A stretch of DNA of 64,000 nucleotides from an uncultured Nitrososphaerota archaeon (GTDB lineage: Archaea; Thermoproteota; EX4484-205; JAAOZP01), in the NCBI GenBank assembly GCA_964416155.1, contig CAYQCW010000005.1, positions 32,001 through 96,000 on the forward strand. The letters run 5' to 3'. The notes under the pieces are model-generated. The model searched no databases, was not told the DNA's origin, and saw only the letters and a program-made list of their open reading frames with translations. Of this stretch, positions 18,891 to 29,050 are shown in pieces (within the stretch, counting starts at the first letter, position 1; each line of letters begins with the position of its first letter). The position numbers were made by a program, and so were the translations under genes.

Positions 18891-19442
18891 GAGAATTTCC
18901 TTCAGCTTGCTTTCAACTGTTTCAGCAAGATTCTTCAGGCTTCCGTCGTTCACTACGTAGACGTCGCTTAAAGCAAGCACCTCCCCCAGCCCTACTGAAA
19001 GCTCCACCTTATCCCTCTCCTCAAGCTCCCTGAGCATCTTAGGGTCGTCGGGCCTGTTTCTCTTGGAAAGCCTACTGTATCTAAGGCTTATTGGAGCCAA
19101 TACTCCAACCAGAATTACAGAATATCCTTCAGAATTAAAGTATTCTACTTCTCTCAACGATCGCACCCCTTCCACCACAGCACACTCCTCTCCTAAATTC
19201 TCAATCTTCCTCTGCACAAGCTTGGCAACAGCATCATTACCCAGTTCCCTCCTAAGTTCAACCATAAACCTGCTCATCGACACTATGTCTCCGCCTACTC
19301 CGCGAGCTTCAGCCTCCTCCCGGACAGCGTCTCCCATGGAAACTACTGTAAAACCATGTTTACCGATAATCTTTGCAACCGTCGTCTTACCTGAGCCCGG
19401 CATTCCGGCGATAAGGATCAGTCGCTTCAATAAGCGTCTCAA
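18870..19442 (-). CDS. P-loop nucleotide kinase (UPF0200 / dephospho-CoA kinase-like)
   Basis: GMPGSGKT, SMGDAVRE, VEGVRS, R.RPDD...RD..E. Confidence 0.85.
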   Translation of the reverse strand: MRRLLKRLILIAGMPGSGKTTVAKIIGKHGFTVVSMGDAVREEAEARGVGGDIVSMSRFMVELRRELGNDAVAKLVQRKIENLGEECAVVEGVRSLREVEYFNSEGYSVILVGVLAPISLRYSRLSKRNRPDDPKMLRELEERDKVELSVGLGEVLALSDVYVVNDGSLKNLAETVESKLKEILSKNFDR

Positions 19443-19486
19443 ACGTGACGGTAAGGTATATAAATTCTTACCCAGTTTTCATTGGG

Positions 19487-20038
19487 ATGGTGAGAGTATT
19501 CGTTTCAATGGATGTTGAAAACGAGAATGTAAGCCGGAGAATACTTGAGGTTCAGAGGAGGCTTGTTGAAACCGGGGCTGACCTGAAGCTGGTCGATACG
19601 AATATTCTTCACTTAACACTATTCTTCATAGGGGAGGTTCCTGAAAGCATGGTTAACACGATGTGTGAAAGACTTTCCGAAGCTGAGGGCAGCCCGATTG
19701 AAATAGAGCTAAGGGGCCTTGGAGCTTTTCCAACTGTTTCACAACCCAGGGTTGTCTTCGTGAGAATCGGGAGGGGGAGTAAGGAGCTTGTTGAAAGGGC
19801 TGAGCAGGTTTCAAAAGCCTTGTCCAAAATAGGTTTCAGGATGAACGAGCAGTTCTCCCCACACTTGACCATCGCAAGGGTTAGGAGCCGTTTAAACATG
19901 GATAAGCTTATCCTTTTCATCAAGAGTAACGGGGATATCCTTATGGGAGAGACTCCTACAAGCAGGCTCAGGCTTAAGAAGAGTACCCTGACGCCACGGG
20001 GACCAGTATACGAAACCCTCTGGGAAAAAATTGATTAA
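19487..20038 (+). CDS. thpR: RNA 2',3'-cyclic phosphodiesterase (2H family)
   Basis: Two HLT motifs (HLTLFF, PHLTIAR), KSTLTPRGPVY; adjacent to cca. Confidence 0.92.
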   Translation: MVRVFVSMDVENENVSRRILEVQRRLVETGADLKLVDTNILHLTLFFIGEVPESMVNTMCERLSEAEGSPIEIELRGLGAFPTVSQPRVVFVRIGRGSKELVERAEQVSKALSKIGFRMNEQFSPHLTIARVRSRLNMDKLILFIKSNGDILMGETPTSRLRLKKSTLTPRGPVYETLWEKID

Positions 20039-20060
20039 CAGGCATCCGTGTCAATAATAT

Positions 20061-21467
20061 ATGCCGAATACTCTTCAAGAGGTTGTCCAGGAGGCTCTGA
20101 GAAGGGTTAAGCCCAGTTTAGAGGAGGAGGAGCGTGTTAACAGGATGCTTTCAAAAACTGTTTCAATGCTTAGGGAAGAGTTTAACAGGTTTGAGCCTGA
20201 AGCCGAGGTTCTCATAGAGGGATCCGTTGCTAAGGACACTTGGCTTAGCGGCGAGACGGATGCAGATATCTTCGTAAGGTTCCCCGTTAAATGGAAGAAG
20301 GATGAAATGGGGGAAACCCTGATAGAGAGTGTTAAAAAAATATTTGGACCGGAGAAATGCAGGCTCCGGTTTGCGGAGCACCCGTATGCAACGGTTAGGG
20401 TGGATAATATCAACGTGGATATTGTTCCATGCTACAGGGTTGAGAAAGGTTTCTACAAGAGTGCAACCGATAGGACTGTTTTCCACACGGAGTTCGTGAA
20501 GGAGAAGCTGAGCCTTGAGCTTAGGGATGAGGCTCGGCTCCTTAAAAGGTTCTTCAAGGGAATAGGGGTTTACGGTGCAGAGATAAAGACGAGGGGGTTC
20601 AGCGGCTTCCTAGTTGAGCTCCTCGCATACTCTTTCGGCGGCTTCGTTAAAACCCTGGAAGCACTTAGGGACTTTAAGCCTCCTCTTATACTGGATCCTG
20701 GTGGGCTCTACGAGAATAGGGAGGAGGAGCTTGCTAGGAGGGCTAGGGGCAGCCTGCTATGCGTCATAGATCCTGTGGACGAGCTTAGGAATGTAGCCGC
20801 CGCGGTTAGTGGCGAGAGCCTAAGCATGGCACAGTACGCTGCTCGCATGATGCTTGAGAAGCCTTCTATAGAGTTTTTCTACCCTGTCTACAGGACGTCT
20901 AGGGAGGAGCTTAAGGAGATTGTGAGAAGCAGGGGGCTCAACATCGTTTCAATCACGATACCGGCTTGGACGAGCATCCCGGATATTCTATGGGGCCAAG
21001 CCTACAGGCTTCTTTCAAGGCTCAGCGGCTTTCTTGAGGAAAACGAATTCGGGGTATTGATGGATAGAGCTTGGAGCGACGAGGAGAAGCATGTTGTTCT
21101 GTTATTCATACTGGAGGAGGCTGAGAAGAAGACGGCCATACTCCACATGGGTCCACCGTACTTCAGCAGCAATGTGCCCAGGTTTGTTGAAACCTATTTG
21201 AGCAGCGAGAGGATGCTGATCCACCCGTTTCCGCGGAACGGAAGATGGTGGACTGTTCTTAAGCCTAAAGTAAGTGATGTCGGGGAAGCTATTTCTAGAT
21301 TCTTTTCTTCAAGCGAATCTTTGAAGGGTTTTTCGGAAAAGATCCTTGAGTCTCTCTTAAGATCCACCGTATGCTTGGGCGATAGCGTTGTGGATGCGGT
21401 TGAAAATCCCGAATACGCTTCTTTCTTAGAAAGATGTATAAACCCCTTTCCTTGGCTTTCTAAATAA
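20061..21467 (+). CDS. cca: Class I CCA-adding enzyme
   Basis: GSVAKDTWL, DADIF, AEHPY, VDIVPC, YGAE...GFSG. Confidence 0.96.
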   Translation: MPNTLQEVVQEALRRVKPSLEEEERVNRMLSKTVSMLREEFNRFEPEAEVLIEGSVAKDTWLSGETDADIFVRFPVKWKKDEMGETLIESVKKIFGPEKCRLRFAEHPYATVRVDNINVDIVPCYRVEKGFYKSATDRTVFHTEFVKEKLSLELRDEARLLKRFFKGIGVYGAEIKTRGFSGFLVELLAYSFGGFVKTLEALRDFKPPLILDPGGLYENREEELARRARGSLLCVIDPVDELRNVAAAVSGESLSMAQYAARMMLEKPSIEFFYPVYRTSREELKEIVRSRGLNIVSITIPAWTSIPDILWGQAYRLLSRLSGFLEENEFGVLMDRAWSDEEKHVVLLFILEEAEKKTAILHMGPPYFSSNVPRFVETYLSSERMLIHPFPRNGRWWTVLKPKVSDVGEAISRFFSSSESLKGFSEKILESLLRSTVCLGDSVVDAVENPEYASFLERCINPFPWLSK

Positions 21468-22200
21468 GCGTTAGAAAAAGCTTAGCCGAGTCAAACATCT
21501 TAACGTTGTTGAACAGCACGTAGACTTCCTCAGCATCCTCAAGACCCTCTATCAGCGTTTTCAGCCTCTTCAAATCTTCACGGCTATACTCGTACTTATA
21601 ATTATAGCGCTTCCCGAGCCCGTGAAGCCTAAAGTAGTACACGCCTCTAGTAAGAGGCTGATCCCAGAAAGGATCTACCACGTGAGTAAGGTCAAGCTTC
21701 TCCAGAATGCTTTTCGTCACGCTTTTCCTCTCAAGCCATTCTCCCCGCGGTTCCCAAGCCAGTCTAACTCCCCCCCTGTCTATCTCCCCCAGGAATTTCC
21801 TAATGTTGCCGATGTTTTTCGGGGAAGGGGTGAAGCTCGGGGGAGTTTGGAACACGGCTATCTTGGCGTCAAGCCTCTTAACTATTTCCAGGGTTCTAAG
21901 CCATGCTTCCAAGGTTTTTCTCGAAGGGTTGAAATCGCCATAACCCTTAAGCTCGTTCTTACTTAAACCGCTCCTTTTCCAAGTCGGGCTGTCAGGCAGA
22001 TGCGTTATCCCCTGCCAGACTTTCACAGTGAACTCAAAGCCCTCAGGGGCTTGAGCCCTCCATTTTTCAGCCGTCTCCACCCTTGGAAGCTTATAGAAGG
22101 TCGACTGGGTCTCGACTAGGCTGAACTCGGAGAAATATTTCTGCATTGAGACAGGATAGCCGCAGCAACCAACTTTAATCACGGTCAACCCGATTATCAT
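21460..22200 (-). CDS. DUF72 family protein
   Basis: KVGCCG, VETQSTFY, WEPRG, YFRLHG, YVLFNN. Confidence 0.9.
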   Translation of the reverse strand: MIIGLTVIKVGCCGYPVSMQKYFSEFSLVETQSTFYKLPRVETAEKWRAQAPEGFEFTVKVWQGITHLPDSPTWKRSGLSKNELKGYGDFNPSRKTLEAWLRTLEIVKRLDAKIAVFQTPPSFTPSPKNIGNIRKFLGEIDRGGVRLAWEPRGEWLERKSVTKSILEKLDLTHVVDPFWDQPLTRGVYYFRLHGLGKRYNYKYEYSREDLKRLKTLIEGLEDAEEVYVLFNNVKMFDSAKLFLTLI

Positions 22201-22275
22201 TGTTAACTGGTTGCTTAAACTTTTCCCGGGGAAAGCTTAATACCCCCTGCTTATAGGGGGATGAGCTGCTGGAAA

Positions 22276-23283
22276 ATGCTCACGGTCATCGTGTCGGGTT
22301 TCTTCGGCGACGAGGGAAAGGGGAAGATCGCCGCCTTCCTGGCGCTTAAGGAGCGTCCGAAGATAACTGTTCGCGCGGGCTCCGTTAACGCGGGGCATAC
22401 CGTAGTATATCGTGGCGTAACTTATAGGCTTAGGCTGGTGCCCTGCTCGTTCATAGTTCCAGAGACAAGGCTTCTGATAGGTGCTGGTGCAAACGTGGAC
22501 TCTAGGGTTTTCACAGAAGAGGTTGGTTTACTCGGTGTTAAGGGAAGGGTTTTCATAGATGGTAACGCCTCAGTTATTGAGGAGAAACATGTCGAGGCTG
22601 ACAGGCACAACGGTTTCTTCAGAGAGTTCATAGGGACAACGGGTACGGGTGTTTCTCCAGCACTGGTCGACAGGGTTGCTAGGAGAGCTATGCTTGTTAA
22701 AGATGTTCCAAGCCTAAAGAGCTACGTTACGGACGTTGCCGAGGAGGTTAACTCCGCACTAGACAGAGGGGAGAACGTCCACCTTGAGGGTACACAGGGC
22801 TTCTACCTTAGCCTTTACTATGGAACATATCCTTACGTGACTGGGAGGGACACTACTGCTGCAGCGGTGTGCAGCGAATGCGGCGTTGGTCCAAAGAAGG
22901 TTGACGAGGTGGTTCTCGTTTTGAAAAGCTTCGTGACTAGAGTTGGCAACGGCCCCCTTGACGGGGAGCTCTCCCCGGAGGAAGCCGAGAAAAGGGGCTT
23001 TGTTGAGAGGGGAACTGTAACCGGTAGGCTTAGAAGAGCCGCCCCATTTAATTTTCAGATGGCTAGACGTGCAGCCATCGTAAACAGTGCAACCCAAATA
23101 GCTGTTACAAAACTGGATGTCTTGTTCCCAGAGTGCTCCCACGCTAGGAGGAGGGAGGAATTGTCGGACGAGTGCTTGCGCTTTCTGCGAAAAATCCAGG
23201 ATGAAACAGGCGTCCCGGTGACGTTAGCCAGTACTGGTGCTGAGGCGGAGGACACCGTTTACATCGGTCTAGGGGGAGTGTAA
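22276..23283 (+). CDS. purA: Adenylosuccinate synthetase (short archaeal type)
   Basis: GDEGKGK, NAGHT, EGTQG, YPYVT, TRVGNGP, GTVTGRLRR. Confidence 0.95.
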   Translation: MLTVIVSGFFGDEGKGKIAAFLALKERPKITVRAGSVNAGHTVVYRGVTYRLRLVPCSFIVPETRLLIGAGANVDSRVFTEEVGLLGVKGRVFIDGNASVIEEKHVEADRHNGFFREFIGTTGTGVSPALVDRVARRAMLVKDVPSLKSYVTDVAEEVNSALDRGENVHLEGTQGFYLSLYYGTYPYVTGRDTTAAAVCSECGVGPKKVDEVVLVLKSFVTRVGNGPLDGELSPEEAEKRGFVERGTVTGRLRRAAPFNFQMARRAAIVNSATQIAVTKLDVLFPECSHARRREELSDECLRFLRKIQDETGVPVTLASTGAEAEDTVYIGLGGV

Positions 23284-23331
23284 TCCTAATGGAAATAGTA
23301 AATAGGATTTCTTTTTGCCCAGTTTTTCAGC

Positions 23332-24057
23332 TTACTGCTGGTTTTGCATGACGTTTTGAAGCCTTACTACGAGCGGGCTGTCTGCGTCGCGCTGCCTGTT
23401 ACCATTGTTGATAGCTCTCAACAGCTCTATGAAGTTACTTACTCTCTGTTGAGTCACTACTTCTGGAGACATCTTCTGCCTCAAGTTTTTTAGCCTCGCC
23501 ATTATCGACTCCGTCTCCTTTATCTCTAGAAGAGTTATGTCCAGGCTGGTCTCCAGCATTGTTTCAGCAGCCTTATAGCTTATCTCATCCACCTCGCCTG
23601 TTGAAAGCTGAACCTTGTTTATGGATCTAACTCTCATAAGTGTGTCCAACCTGTTTTTAAGCTCCTCCTGAATCTTGCTGAGCTCTGAAGATAATTCTAC
23701 AACCTTGTTGCTGAGCTCATTCATATCCTTTAAATATGTTCCCTTAAGCTCATCATATATGTTTGTAGGTATCTGGTGTTCCTGCCTCAGGTTTTCAAGC
23801 GCCTCAAGCCTCCTCCTAGTTATCTCAATGCCTCTTATCAGACTCTCAGCCTTTATTTTCCAGAAGTTTTTCAACAGGACATAGTCTTTCCCAGCCTCCA
23901 CAGCCTCCCCGTCCACCTTTATGAAACCACCGTTTGGCATCATTATGAAGAACTTTGAGGGCATGCCCCTAGGGTCTATTTCGAAGCCAACCAAGGTTCC
24001 TATTTCTCTGTCGTAAACATCCTTAACAGGTAAGCCTAGAATCCTACTGTTATCCAT
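23332..24057 (-). CDS. cdvA: CdvA-like cell division protein
   Basis: PRC barrel (LGLPVKDVYDREIG), coiled coil with RRRLEALENL, C-terminal PLVVRL peptide resembling the ESCRT-III-binding motif. Confidence 0.8.
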   Translation of the reverse strand: MDNSRILGLPVKDVYDREIGTLVGFEIDPRGMPSKFFIMMPNGGFIKVDGEAVEAGKDYVLLKNFWKIKAESLIRGIEITRRRLEALENLRQEHQIPTNIYDELKGTYLKDMNELSNKVVELSSELSKIQEELKNRLDTLMRVRSINKVQLSTGEVDEISYKAAETMLETSLDITLLEIKETESIMARLKNLRQKMSPEVVTQQRVSNFIELLRAINNGNRQRDADSPLVVRLQNVMQNQQ

Positions 24058-24176
24058 TGCTAATGGATTGTTTATGGCTGTTTATTTAACATAATTCTAA
24101 AAAGGCGTTGACAATACGCGACAATATTTTTGACATCCTCTATGGTTCTTTAAAGACGGGTAGCATTTTTTATTGA

Positions 24177-26387
24177 TTAATCGCTGAATTCGTTGAGGCT
24201 TGTCTGAACACCCTCCTCCTTACGCCTCCTCTCCCATTCTTCGCTACGTATCATCCCCCCCGCCTCCTTCTTAATGTTTAAAGCAAGTTTTTGACCAATG
24301 CCGGGTATTCTTGAAAGCTCCGCAACGCTTGCAGAGGCTATTTCCGAAACCTTTTTGAAACCATGGTTGTAAAGCCTTCTCGCCCTAACCCTTCCAACCC
24401 CCTCCAGGCATGATGCTAGCTCGATGAGCTCAGGCTTGACACCATACTCTATCCTCGCCTCAAGCTCACCGAATCTTTTTACAGCGTCGAAATCCTTCAC
24501 CAGCCTGGCTATTTCCTTCGCCGAGTAAGCTAGCCATTGAGCAGTCTCCTTACATGCGTAAAGATCTCCTGGTTCAACGCCAAGCTTAAGGTAGATATCG
24601 TCTTCACTATACTCGTTTATCCACATCCAGAGAGCCGCCGTCGTCTTGTAGGTTTCCATCGGGTCAACATCCCCTGTGTCCACGTAAAGCTCTTCCTCAT
24701 GCCTGCCTACGAAATCCACTACAATGCTCTCGGTAGACCCGGTTACGCTGAACTTCAGCCTCATATCTGGGGATGCACATATGAGGTTTAACCCGCTTAC
24801 TTCGGTGAAGACGCGCGGCTTATTCTTCAAACCGTTGAGGAACATTATTCCGGTGGAGGGAGAGATATACAGCTCCGATATTCTCCTACCTAAAGGCGTT
24901 GCCTCGAGAAAACCATTCTTCTCAAAGATAAGCCCGTCTTCCATGAGAATCTTAAGCACCCGCTTTAAACGGGTTGAAACCCCCTTCCCCTTCTGAACAT
25001 GGTAGAGGGTGTTTCGGAAAACTTCAACCATGCCTTTAACATCAGTAGCTATCCTACTGGCTACGCACGCCAGTATCGCTGTCGAGAAGTATGTTCCTAA
25101 GCCGAGCTTGGAGGTTATTTTTTCAGCAGTCGAGTCAACGTATCTCGCGATAAGGTAGTCAACGTCATTCTCATTCCTAGCGTAGATCACTGCTTCACCA
25201 AACTTATCGTATTTCGGTCTCCCAGCTCTACCCGCCATCTGCTTATACTCCATAACGGTTATCATGTTGCTGACGTGCGTTTCAGGGTCAAACCTGTTTA
25301 CTGAGGTTACGCAAACAACTCTTGCAGGAAGATTGACGCCTGCTGCAAGCGTGGGAGTCGCCGTAATGACTTTCAACAGCCTTTCTTTGAAAGCCTTCTC
25401 AATCGTTCTACGCTGGAATGTTGTTAACCCTGCGTGGTGGAATGCAACCCCTTTTTCAACGACGCTCGCAAGGTCTTCCCCAATTATAGTAGACTCGCTG
25501 TTCTCCCTTATCTCTGCAGCAAGCTCTCTAAGCCTCTCCCTTTCTCTCTCAGAAAGGTGAAGGTAAGATACTGAGGAGAGTTTCCTCGCCAAGTATACTG
25601 TTTTCTTCCTTGTTTCGACAAAGAAGAGGGCTTGACCTCCTTCTCTCAGAGAATGGGCGAGCAATACGTGTAAGGGTTCGTCGAAATCCCCGCCTAAATC
25701 AACAATACTGCCATCGTTAAAAATGATTTTCGAATCGTAGAGAACTCCTTCCCTCAGGCTGACGGGCCTCCAGTCTGAGACAACACATTTAGCGTCCAGC
25801 CATTTCGCAACCTCGTCGGCGTTGGAAACCGTGGCGCTTAAAGCTATGAGTTGTGCTTTAGGAAGAATCCTTCTCGTAAAGGATACTAGGGTTTCAATTC
25901 CTGGGCCACGGTCCTCAGAGTCAACGTAATGGATCTCGTCGAATATTACGAGGTTTACTTCATCAATCCATCTGGGCCTATGCCTGATTATAGAGTCGAA
26001 CTTTTCATAGGTTGCAATGATCACATCATAATCTGCAAGTTCCTCCGCCTTCGAATCATAATCTCCGGTTGCTAGGGCTACCCTGACGCTTCCTTTCAAA
26101 CCCTTAATCTTCCTGAGGATGTTGAAATCAACGTATTTCTCCCAAGCGATTGCCCTTAGCGGTACCAGGTATACTGTTTTACCGCCCTCGTTTTCAAGCT
26201 TATGTACAGCAGCCAGCTGTGCCACCAGCGTTTTACCGGAGGCTGTGGGCACAGCCAGCAGAAGGTTTTCCCCTTTAAACAGCCCTGCTTCAACAGCCTG
26301 TTCTTGCGGTGGGTAAAGAGTTTTAAAACCCGCCTTAAGAAGTTCGTCCTTAGCCTCCTTGCTTAGGGGCAGCTCTGCAAGTTCCAT
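24177..26387 (-). CDS. hel308: Ski2-like DNA helicase Hel308/Hjm
   Basis: PTASGKT, DEIH, SAT, HHAGL, TPTLAAGVNLPA, QMAGRAGRP, VGRVRARRLY. Confidence 0.95.
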   Translation of the reverse strand: MELAELPLSKEAKDELLKAGFKTLYPPQEQAVEAGLFKGENLLLAVPTASGKTLVAQLAAVHKLENEGGKTVYLVPLRAIAWEKYVDFNILRKIKGLKGSVRVALATGDYDSKAEELADYDVIIATYEKFDSIIRHRPRWIDEVNLVIFDEIHYVDSEDRGPGIETLVSFTRRILPKAQLIALSATVSNADEVAKWLDAKCVVSDWRPVSLREGVLYDSKIIFNDGSIVDLGGDFDEPLHVLLAHSLREGGQALFFVETRKKTVYLARKLSSVSYLHLSERERERLRELAAEIRENSESTIIGEDLASVVEKGVAFHHAGLTTFQRRTIEKAFKERLLKVITATPTLAAGVNLPARVVCVTSVNRFDPETHVSNMITVMEYKQMAGRAGRPKYDKFGEAVIYARNENDVDYLIARYVDSTAEKITSKLGLGTYFSTAILACVASRIATDVKGMVEVFRNTLYHVQKGKGVSTRLKRVLKILMEDGLIFEKNGFLEATPLGRRISELYISPSTGIMFLNGLKNKPRVFTEVSGLNLICASPDMRLKFSVTGSTESIVVDFVGRHEEELYVDTGDVDPMETYKTTAALWMWINEYSEDDIYLKLGVEPGDLYACKETAQWLAYSAKEIARLVKDFDAVKRFGELEARIEYGVKPELIELASCLEGVGRVRARRLYNHGFKKVSEIASASVAELSRIPGIGQKLALNIKKEAGGMIRSEEWERRRKEEGVQTSLNEFSD

Positions 26388-26388
26388 C

Positions 26389-28449
26389 TCAACGCTTTAT
26401 TCTCCTAACGGTATCCTCATCCGGAAACATGATCACTCCCTGCTCCCTCATCTGCTCTATAAGCTTGTAAAATTCATCCGGCTCAATCTTCTTATCTACA
26501 CACCTTCTTCTAAGCTCGCTTAAAGATGCTTTCCCGATCTCAGCCTCAAGGTTCTCAATCTCCTTGAGAATTATTCGCATCTTCTCCCATCTGCTCCTAG
26601 ACCGGCCCGTCATAAGGATGTCTATGTCTATTTTCCCTGATGAAACGTCCAGCCCGGCTGTTCTCAGACTATAGTCCATCAGCCTTATTGCTGCTTCTGC
26701 ATCCTCCACAGTAACTTCTTCCTTCAACAGGACTCTGGCCCTTGCAACGCTAAGCCTTATCAAAGACTCCAAGTGTCTTGGAGTTATGGGTATCGGCGCA
26801 TTCGCCTCCTGGCTGCTGCTTCTCAACTGAAGGAAAAAGTTTTTGATTCTTTCAGTGGCCGCAGCTGACAGTTTCGGGGTTATTTTCTTGCAGTAAGCCA
26901 AGTATTTTCTCAGCATGCCCGGAGGTATAGTCTGGTCACCGTAATCATAGGTCTCCATGTGAAGCTGCAGAATATGGTCTGAAAGCCTAGCGTCCCCCTC
27001 CTTATCCGGCCTGTCTTTTATTATGAAGTAGAGGTCGAATCTTGAAAGCAGCGTCGAGGGAAGATCAACGTTCTCGCTGAAATTGAGACTGTCATCATAC
27101 CTGCCGTAAACCGGGTTCGCCGCTGCAAGTATCGCTGTCCTCGCGTTGAGAGTCGCCACTATTCCCCCCTTGGCTACGCTAACCGTCTGCTGCTCCATTG
27201 CCTCGTGTATTGAAACCCTGTCCTCTGCCTTCATCTTCTCGAACTCGTCTATCGCAGCTATCCCCTTGTCAGCAAGCACAACTGCTCCTGCCTCCAGCGT
27301 GAAGCTTCCAGTCCTGTCCCTGACAACGGCGGCCGTGAGGCCTGCTGCTGTAACACCTCTACCGGAAGTATACAGTCCTCTCGGAGCTATCCTTTGAACG
27401 TATTTGAGAAGCTGGCTTTTAGCAGTCCCAGGGTCCCCTATTAGGAGCAGGTTAATGTCACCCCTTACAGTAACACCGTCAGGATATGTTCTCCTGACTC
27501 CGCCCACCATTTGAAGAAGGATTGCCTCCTTAACCTCCTCCAAACCGTAGATCGAAGGAGCTATGGAGCCTATCAGCTTTTGATATATCCAAGGGTCTTT
27601 GCTCATCTCTCTAATCTTCTTCTCCTCCTCAGGGCTAACAGTAACCTCTCCAAGCTCCTGAGTTAATGCTTCTATGTAGTTGACTTCAATCGACAGGGTG
27701 AAAGTACTGTACTGAAGGTTCTTCACAGGGTGTCTATCAGGCATGGCTACCACTACACCGGTTATCTGGACCCTGTCGCCAGGCCTAACCCTGTCTGTTA
27801 AATCTCCTGTCAGCCTGAGGCTTATGCTGTGAGGCATGACTCCTGCTGGAAGATCCTCGGGCTTCTCCTGAACCCTTATCTCCTGATAGTCTATGAACCT
27901 AGACTGGTCTTGAAGCAGCTCGAAGTTTGCGAGCCTGCTCGTCCCACACACCTCGCAGCGAGGAGCCTTCAGGATCATTCCTGTCTGAAGCTCCTCGTAA
28001 ACCCTGTCGCACGTCTTACATCGGAAAACACCCTTCGAAAGTATGCTTTTTATCTCAGATATTCTCACTACAACTCCTTCGAAACAAACTAGTCTACCCA
28101 GTAGGCTTGACTTTATGTCCCTTATTGAGATCTTTTTGCCAAGCCCTCTTACCCTAACTGAGACCTCCTGTATTTTTGAAGCATAATCCTTGTCCAAGCT
28201 GCTTAGGATGGAGAGGGCTACCCTGCTCATTTCTCCCAAGATAGACGGGTTTTCAATGAGCTCTTCAACCATCTCCCTGCTGTAGGAGAGCATGTCTTGG
28301 AAATCTGTGACGATGGAGGTTCCCCCTAAGGACGGTAGGGACGCTATCTGCTCGTAATACTTTCTCTCACCGTTCTCATCTCTAAAATTACGAATAAAGT
28401 CTAGGAACAGGCTCTCGACAGGCGGCTTGGCTTTAACTCCGCTACTCAT
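26389..28449 (-). CDS. mcm: MCM replicative helicase (no intein)
   Basis: Zn finger, GDPGTAKSQ, IDEFEKM, SRFD. Confidence 0.97.
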   Translation of the reverse strand: MSSGVKAKPPVESLFLDFIRNFRDENGERKYYEQIASLPSLGGTSIVTDFQDMLSYSREMVEELIENPSILGEMSRVALSILSSLDKDYASKIQEVSVRVRGLGKKISIRDIKSSLLGRLVCFEGVVVRISEIKSILSKGVFRCKTCDRVYEELQTGMILKAPRCEVCGTSRLANFELLQDQSRFIDYQEIRVQEKPEDLPAGVMPHSISLRLTGDLTDRVRPGDRVQITGVVVAMPDRHPVKNLQYSTFTLSIEVNYIEALTQELGEVTVSPEEEKKIREMSKDPWIYQKLIGSIAPSIYGLEEVKEAILLQMVGGVRRTYPDGVTVRGDINLLLIGDPGTAKSQLLKYVQRIAPRGLYTSGRGVTAAGLTAAVVRDRTGSFTLEAGAVVLADKGIAAIDEFEKMKAEDRVSIHEAMEQQTVSVAKGGIVATLNARTAILAAANPVYGRYDDSLNFSENVDLPSTLLSRFDLYFIIKDRPDKEGDARLSDHILQLHMETYDYGDQTIPPGMLRKYLAYCKKITPKLSAAATERIKNFFLQLRSSSQEANAPIPITPRHLESLIRLSVARARVLLKEEVTVEDAEAAIRLMDYSLRTAGLDVSSGKIDIDILMTGRSRSRWEKMRIILKEIENLEAEIGKASLSELRRRCVDKKIEPDEFYKLIEQMREQGVIMFPDEDTVRRIKR

Positions 28450-28969
28450 CCGTATACATTAACCCCCGTCGCCACCCGTTTAAAGCTTCCCTTAAAAGAT
28501 TATAGAGGAACTTCTCCTCTGGCTGAAGCTTTTCAAGAAGACCTGTGGGAGGATCCTTTAAAAACACTAGTTTAATTATCTTCCGAACCCTTATATCCAT
28601 GATCTCTTGAAGATCGTTTTGAACTGCGGTTTTCCTATCGTCCCTATGTGTCTGTGCAAGTTTAGCAGCTCTTATGTAAAAGTAATCAGGCAGCTTGATG
28701 AGTCCTTCCTCAGAGGCTTCAAGCCATCTCATCGCAGCAACATCTTTCAGCGTTAAAGGCTCCTCCCCCAGCCTCACCAAGCCTGAATCCGCCAGCTGGC
28801 ACGCTATTCCCCTGGAAACCCTTATGGCCCTTCCCCTCTCAATAGGGAGCTCCCCCAATCCAGGTAGTTTAAGGCTCTTCGAATCAACCTGGGGAATCGC
28901 CACAGTCTCCTCTAGCCCGTACTCAAGCCTTATCCTCTTTAACTCGCTGCTTATTACCCATTCCAACAA
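28442..28969 (-). CDS. gins23: GINS subunit, Gins23 type
   Basis: Beta domain before alpha domain; LPDYFY, IRVRKI, LQPEEK; directly upstream of mcm; TTG 28969 preferred to avoid overlap with rfcS. Confidence 0.8.
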   Translation of the reverse strand: MLEWVISSELKRIRLEYGLEETVAIPQVDSKSLKLPGLGELPIERGRAIRVSRGIACQLADSGLVRLGEEPLTLKDVAAMRWLEASEEGLIKLPDYFYIRAAKLAQTHRDDRKTAVQNDLQEIMDIRVRKIIKLVFLKDPPTGLLEKLQPEEKFLYNLLREALNGWRRGLMYTDE

Positions 28970-29050
28970 CTCTATGCCCACGCTGGCCAAACCTTGTTTA
29001 ACCGTGTAAGCGAAACATTTAACTTTAAACAACCACTATTTCCGCTAACG

